Notes under the pieces: model-generated
Databases searched by the model: none
What the model saw: the letters and a program-made list of their open reading frames with translations, nothing else
What the model was told of the DNA's origin: nothing
Position numbers and translations under genes: made by a program
DNA from: a virus
Lineage: Duplodnaviria > Heunggongvirae > Uroviricota > Caudoviricetes
Length of the DNA: 8,376 bases
IMG/VR virus record: IMGVR_UViG_2671180743_000009
Reading direction: 5' to 3' (one strand)
In this document: piece by piece, positions 6,367 to 8,376 of the stretch
Layout: the number at the start of each line of letters is the position of its first letter
Numbering within the stretch: position 1 is the first letter of the stretch

Positions 6367-6390
6367 GGTAACGCTTTTTGATCCGTTTGT

Positions 6391-6409
6391 GTAACGCTGG
6401 CAGCGTTAC
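6391..6409. repeat. 19-bp perfect palindrome GTAACGCTG-G-CAGCGTTAC (copy 1 of 3)
   Basis: Read directly; 9-bp arms around one central base. A GTAACGCT half-site lies at 6368-6375 and an inverted GTTAC...GTAAC pair at 6436-6455. Confidence 0.85.
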
Positions 6410-6599
6410 CTTTTCGTTTCAGTTCGCGTATTTTTGTTACTCGCTCGTTTGTAACCGCCCGTTTTTTTTAGAGCTTTTTCCGTTATGACGTTCAAAGTTA
6501 GGTAGAGAAAGCCCACCGTCATTTTCGACCAGCCATCCAACCTGAATTAACGCATCAGCAAAACCAGACATAAAAGTGATGCGATCTATTGCACTTTTT

Positions 6600-6618
6600 G
6601 TAACGCCGCGAGCGTTAC
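6600..6618. repeat. 19-bp palindrome GTAACGC-CGCGA-GCGTTAC (copy 2 of 3)
   Basis: Read directly; 7-bp perfect arms. Lies inside the YdaU-like N-terminal coding region, where it encodes CNARGVT. Confidence 0.85.
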
Positions 6619-6791
6619 AATCTGCATTACCGTCTATCATTTGTTGATCCGCCCATGCCCAGAAGCGAATAACCTTCCCTAATGCGGCATCTGGATCAAT
6701 ATTCAGAATCTCAGCAAGCCTGAATATTTCCGGCTTATCCGGCGTAATAACCTCGAGCTTTATCCAGTTTGAAGCCATTTGTTTTCACCTT

Positions 6792-6810
6792 GTAACGCTC
6801 GCAGCGTTAC
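6792..6810. repeat. 19-bp palindrome GTAACGCT-CGC-AGCGTTAC (copy 3 of 3)
   Basis: Read directly; 8-bp perfect arms. Ends immediately next to the Shine-Dalgarno sequence of the YdaU-like gene. Confidence 0.85.
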
Positions 6811-6855
6811 ATTTAACTGATACCGAACAAAACAATCCGGCACGATTAATTTCAA

Positions 6856-7274
6856 TCAATGCACTACGACAGAATCGCCGGGCGACCCACCACCGCTGAA
6901 ATGTGCTTTCCGGTAAACGGCCTGGACAGCATCATCATGCGCATCAATTGCCGTACTCAACGCTTCCTGCGCCGCCAGTAATGCACGGCGTTCCAGGGTA
7001 TCGAAGATACAGAGTCGGTGACGCAGCTCACGCGGAAGAATTGCCAGAACCGCAGGGATCAGTTTCTGAATTTTTTCCCTTTGCGCTTTCGTTTCACCTT
7101 TCAACCAACGGTGATAGATATTCTGCTGATTGTTCCAGTCCTTGCCTGGTACCAGAGACAATTCGCCGCCCCCCTGCCGCAGATATTCTTCAGTAATTGC
7201 GTTAGCGACCCACGCCTGCCCTTTTTCGGCTGCCAGGGCAACAGCACTGATTCGATGTGCTCATGCCTGATTTT
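6856..7274 (-). pseudogene. YdaT-like protein (CII-analog partner of the Cro-like gene), apparent frameshift near the N-terminus
   Basis: An ATG at 7272-7274 has an AAGGTGA Shine-Dalgarno and overlaps the dicC-like stop (ATG...TGA), but that frame closes after about 70 codons. The long open frame (in phase with ORF 6856..7161, which has only a TTG start) is open from the dicC stop at 7261. One inserted base between about 7165 and 7262 would give a protein of about 138 aa, matching the roughly 140 aa I recall for Rac YdaT. Confidence 0.4.
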
Positions 7275-7488
7275 CATGAATCACCTTCCAAGGTCGTTTT
7301 GCCTTACGATATTCGTCATAAACTTTGGGGTCGTACTGAAGTTCCCCGCCAGATGCCTCTTGCAGGCGCATCGCGCGACCTTCAGGAACCAGTTCCCCCC
7401 ATGCAGCAATGCTTGCCAGCCTAACTCCTGCGGCATTGGCAAGCTTTGTTTTGCTGCCAAAAAACGCTATAGCATCAATTTTCAACAT
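7261..7488 (-). CDS. dicC: Cro-like small DNA-binding protein (DicC/YdaS family), 75 aa
   Basis: ORF 7261..7488, MLKIDAIAFFGSKTKLANAAGVRLASIAAWGE..., transcribed divergently from the dicA-like repressor. AAGGAG Shine-Dalgarno 6 nt upstream. Similar to Qin DicC from memory. Confidence 0.75.
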   Translation of the reverse strand: MLKIDAIAFFGSKTKLANAAGVRLASIAAWGELVPEGRAMRLQEASGGELQYDPKVYDEYRKAKRPWKVIHENQA

Positions 7489-7514
7489 ATCGAGCTCCTT
7501 AGATTTTCCTAAGG

Positions 7515-7543
7515 AAACTAGATCGTAGAGAAACCTAAGTCAA
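7515..7543 (-). promoter_or_regulatory. Candidate promoter for the dicC-like/early operon: -35 TTGACT, 17-bp spacer, -10 TAGTTT
   Basis: Minus strand has TTGACT (plus 7538-7543), a 17-bp spacer and TAGTTT (plus 7515-7520). The predicted start is about 20 nt before the ATG. CCTAAG-type motifs overlap it. Confidence 0.4.
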
Positions 7544-7550
7544 GAAAAAT

Positions 7551-7564
7551 TAGAATTCCCTAAT
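7551..7564 (+). promoter_or_regulatory. Candidate -10 element TAGAAT for a leaderless or near-leaderless dicA-like transcript
   Basis: TAGAAT at 7551-7556 lies 8 nt before the ATG at 7565. There is no Shine-Dalgarno and no good -35, which resembles lambda PRM driving cI. Confidence 0.3.
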
Positions 7565-7972
7565 ATGAAAAACGAAACCTTCGGTGCTCGCCTCTTACAT
7601 AGGCGTAAAAAATTAAAACTGTCTCAGGCCGCATTAGGTAAGCTGGTCAAAGTGGCTCACGTAACAATTTCTCAATGGGAAAGAGATGAAACACAGCCGG
7701 CGGGGAAAAGATTATTCGCACTGAGCCAAGCGCTTCAGTGCTCACCGACTTGGCTTCTTTTTGGGGATGAAGATAAACAACCAGGCGAACCGATCCCGGA
7801 TAATCAGCCAGCCATTCTGACAGAAGATCAAAAAGAGTTACTTCAACTGTTCGACGCACTGCCTGAGTCAGAGCAAAAGGCCCTGTTGTCAGAGATGCGT
7901 GCTCGAGTTGAAAATTTCAACAAACTTTTTGAAGAACTACTCAAAGCTCGCAAAAGAAGCGCAAACAAATAA
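7565..7972 (+). CDS. dicA: DicA-like prophage repressor (XRE-family helix-turn-helix), 135 aa
   Basis: ORF 7565..7972. The helix-turn-helix region LSQAALGKLVKVAHVTISQWERDETQPAGKRLFALSQALQCSPTWLLFGDEDKQP and the C-terminal ALPESEQ...MRARVENFNKLFEELLKAR match Qin DicA from memory, including its 135-aa length. Confidence 0.85.
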   Translation: MKNETFGARLLHRRKKLKLSQAALGKLVKVAHVTISQWERDETQPAGKRLFALSQALQCSPTWLLFGDEDKQPGEPIPDNQPAILTEDQKELLQLFDALPESEQKALLSEMRARVENFNKLFEELLKARKRSANK

Positions 7973-8004
7973 TCCCCTTTTTTCTCCACACCCTGTAATA
8001 AAAA

Positions 8005-8033
8005 GCACAAACTTTCAAACACTTGTGTTTTTT
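8005..8033 (+). terminator. Weak candidate intrinsic terminator after the dicA-like gene
   Basis: CACAA (8006-8010) can pair with TTGTG (8023-8027) across a 12-nt loop, followed by TTTTTT (8028-8033). The stem is AT-rich and short. Confidence 0.25.
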
Positions 8034-8044
8034 ACATCAAAAAA

Positions 8045-8087
8045 CTTAGGTTTTTCTACACAAAAATCTTGACCGCCCACCTTAGGT
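8045..8087. promoter_or_regulatory. Candidate repressor operators (CTTAGG at 8045-8050; near-palindrome ACCTTAGGT at 8079-8087) next to a TTGACC -35-like hexamer
   Basis: The same CCTWAGG core recurs at 7497-7502, 7508-7514 and 7534-7539 between dicA and dicC. TTGACC at 8069-8074 precedes the small gene at 8175. Confidence 0.35.
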
Positions 8088-8174
8088 TATTCTAAATTTC
8101 ATTCATCAAGACACCGCACGGTGTTCTCAGCAAACAGTTCCGCTACCCCGGCGTTAAGGGGAAATGGGGTCAAC

Positions 8175-8330
8175 ATGAATACTATCGATCTTGGCAACAA
8201 CGAATCTCTGGTGTACGGCGTGTTCCCCAACCAGGACGGCACATTCACCGCCATGACGTATACCAAAAGCAAAACGTTTAAAACCGAAGCTGGCGCACGT
8301 CGTTGGTTGGGAAGACATTCAGGTGAGTAA
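8175..8330 (+). CDS. Small protein, 51 aa, YdfA-like by position
   Basis: Part of the 8121..8330 ORF, starting at the ATG at 8175 (MNTIDLGNNESLVYGVFPNQDGTF...), with a G-rich Shine-Dalgarno-like sequence upstream. It is the first gene downstream of dicA on the same strand, as ydfA is in Qin. Confidence 0.45.
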   Translation: MNTIDLGNNESLVYGVFPNQDGTFTAMTYTKSKTFKTEAGARRWLGRHSGE

Positions 8331-8376
8331 AATGAACGAGACTGAGGTAGCCTGAGTTTAACGGACACTCCTTCCT

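Larger units (their letters stand above)
5980..6778 (-). pseudogene. YdaU-like (DUF1376) replication protein, read in three frames; apparently disrupted by two single-base frameshifts
   Basis: An N-terminal DUF1376-like segment (ORF 6437..6778, AAGGTGA Shine-Dalgarno) stops at TAA inside a run of 8 A on the coding strand. A second frame is open from that TAA through a 12-Glu tract to about 6290. A third frame (open from the stop at 6316 to 5980) carries a conserved-looking C-terminal domain (LPDWLPETLWHEWVRFRQ...EYQGLF). Adding one base in the A8 run (plus 6462-6469) and one in the A6 run (plus 6283-6288) would fuse all three into about 270 aa. Confidence 0.55.

Noticed and set aside
5869-6381. 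Plus-strand 170-aa ORF ending in a long poly-Ser run
   Set aside because: It is antisense to the DnaC-like and YdaU-like genes. The poly-Ser is just the (CTTCCT)n repeat read in that frame, and the ORF has no ribosome-binding site.
7018-7512. Plus-strand 164-aa ORF across the YdaT-like and dicC-like genes
   Set aside because: Antisense to two well-supported minus-strand genes; low-complexity translation.
8099-8368. Minus-strand 89-aa ORF with a GTG start, antisense to the YdfA-like gene
   Set aside because: It would read into the operator and promoter region downstream of dicA and has hydrophobic low-complexity sequence. The plus-strand 51-aa gene fits the synteny better. Not fully excluded.

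Overview
Read by eye from the sequence, with no searches run; protein and tRNA identities rest on motif-level recall of known families. The window looks like an internal slice of a lambdoid (Rac/Qin-like) prophage from an E. coli-like enterobacterium. Almost everything is on the minus strand, running right to left: a dicA/dicC-type immunity switch (7261-7972), a YdaT-like gene, a YdaU-like replication gene and a DnaC-like helicase loader, two uncharacterised small proteins, a QueH-like epoxyqueuosine reductase, a hok/mok type I toxin locus, a short operon ending in a Q-like antiterminator, four tightly packed tRNA genes, a ~580-bp non-coding stretch, and the first codons of an S21-type pinholin. 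The most unusual content is the QueH homolog sitting in a prophage beside a tRNA array whose four anticodons all read A-ending codons (AUA, AGA, ACA, GGA). Three copies of a 19-bp palindrome bracket the YdaU-like gene. The YdaU-like and YdaT-like genes each need single-base insertions to restore one reading frame, so they are either decayed or the sequence has homopolymer errors. No CRISPR array, rRNA, integrase or transposase is visible.
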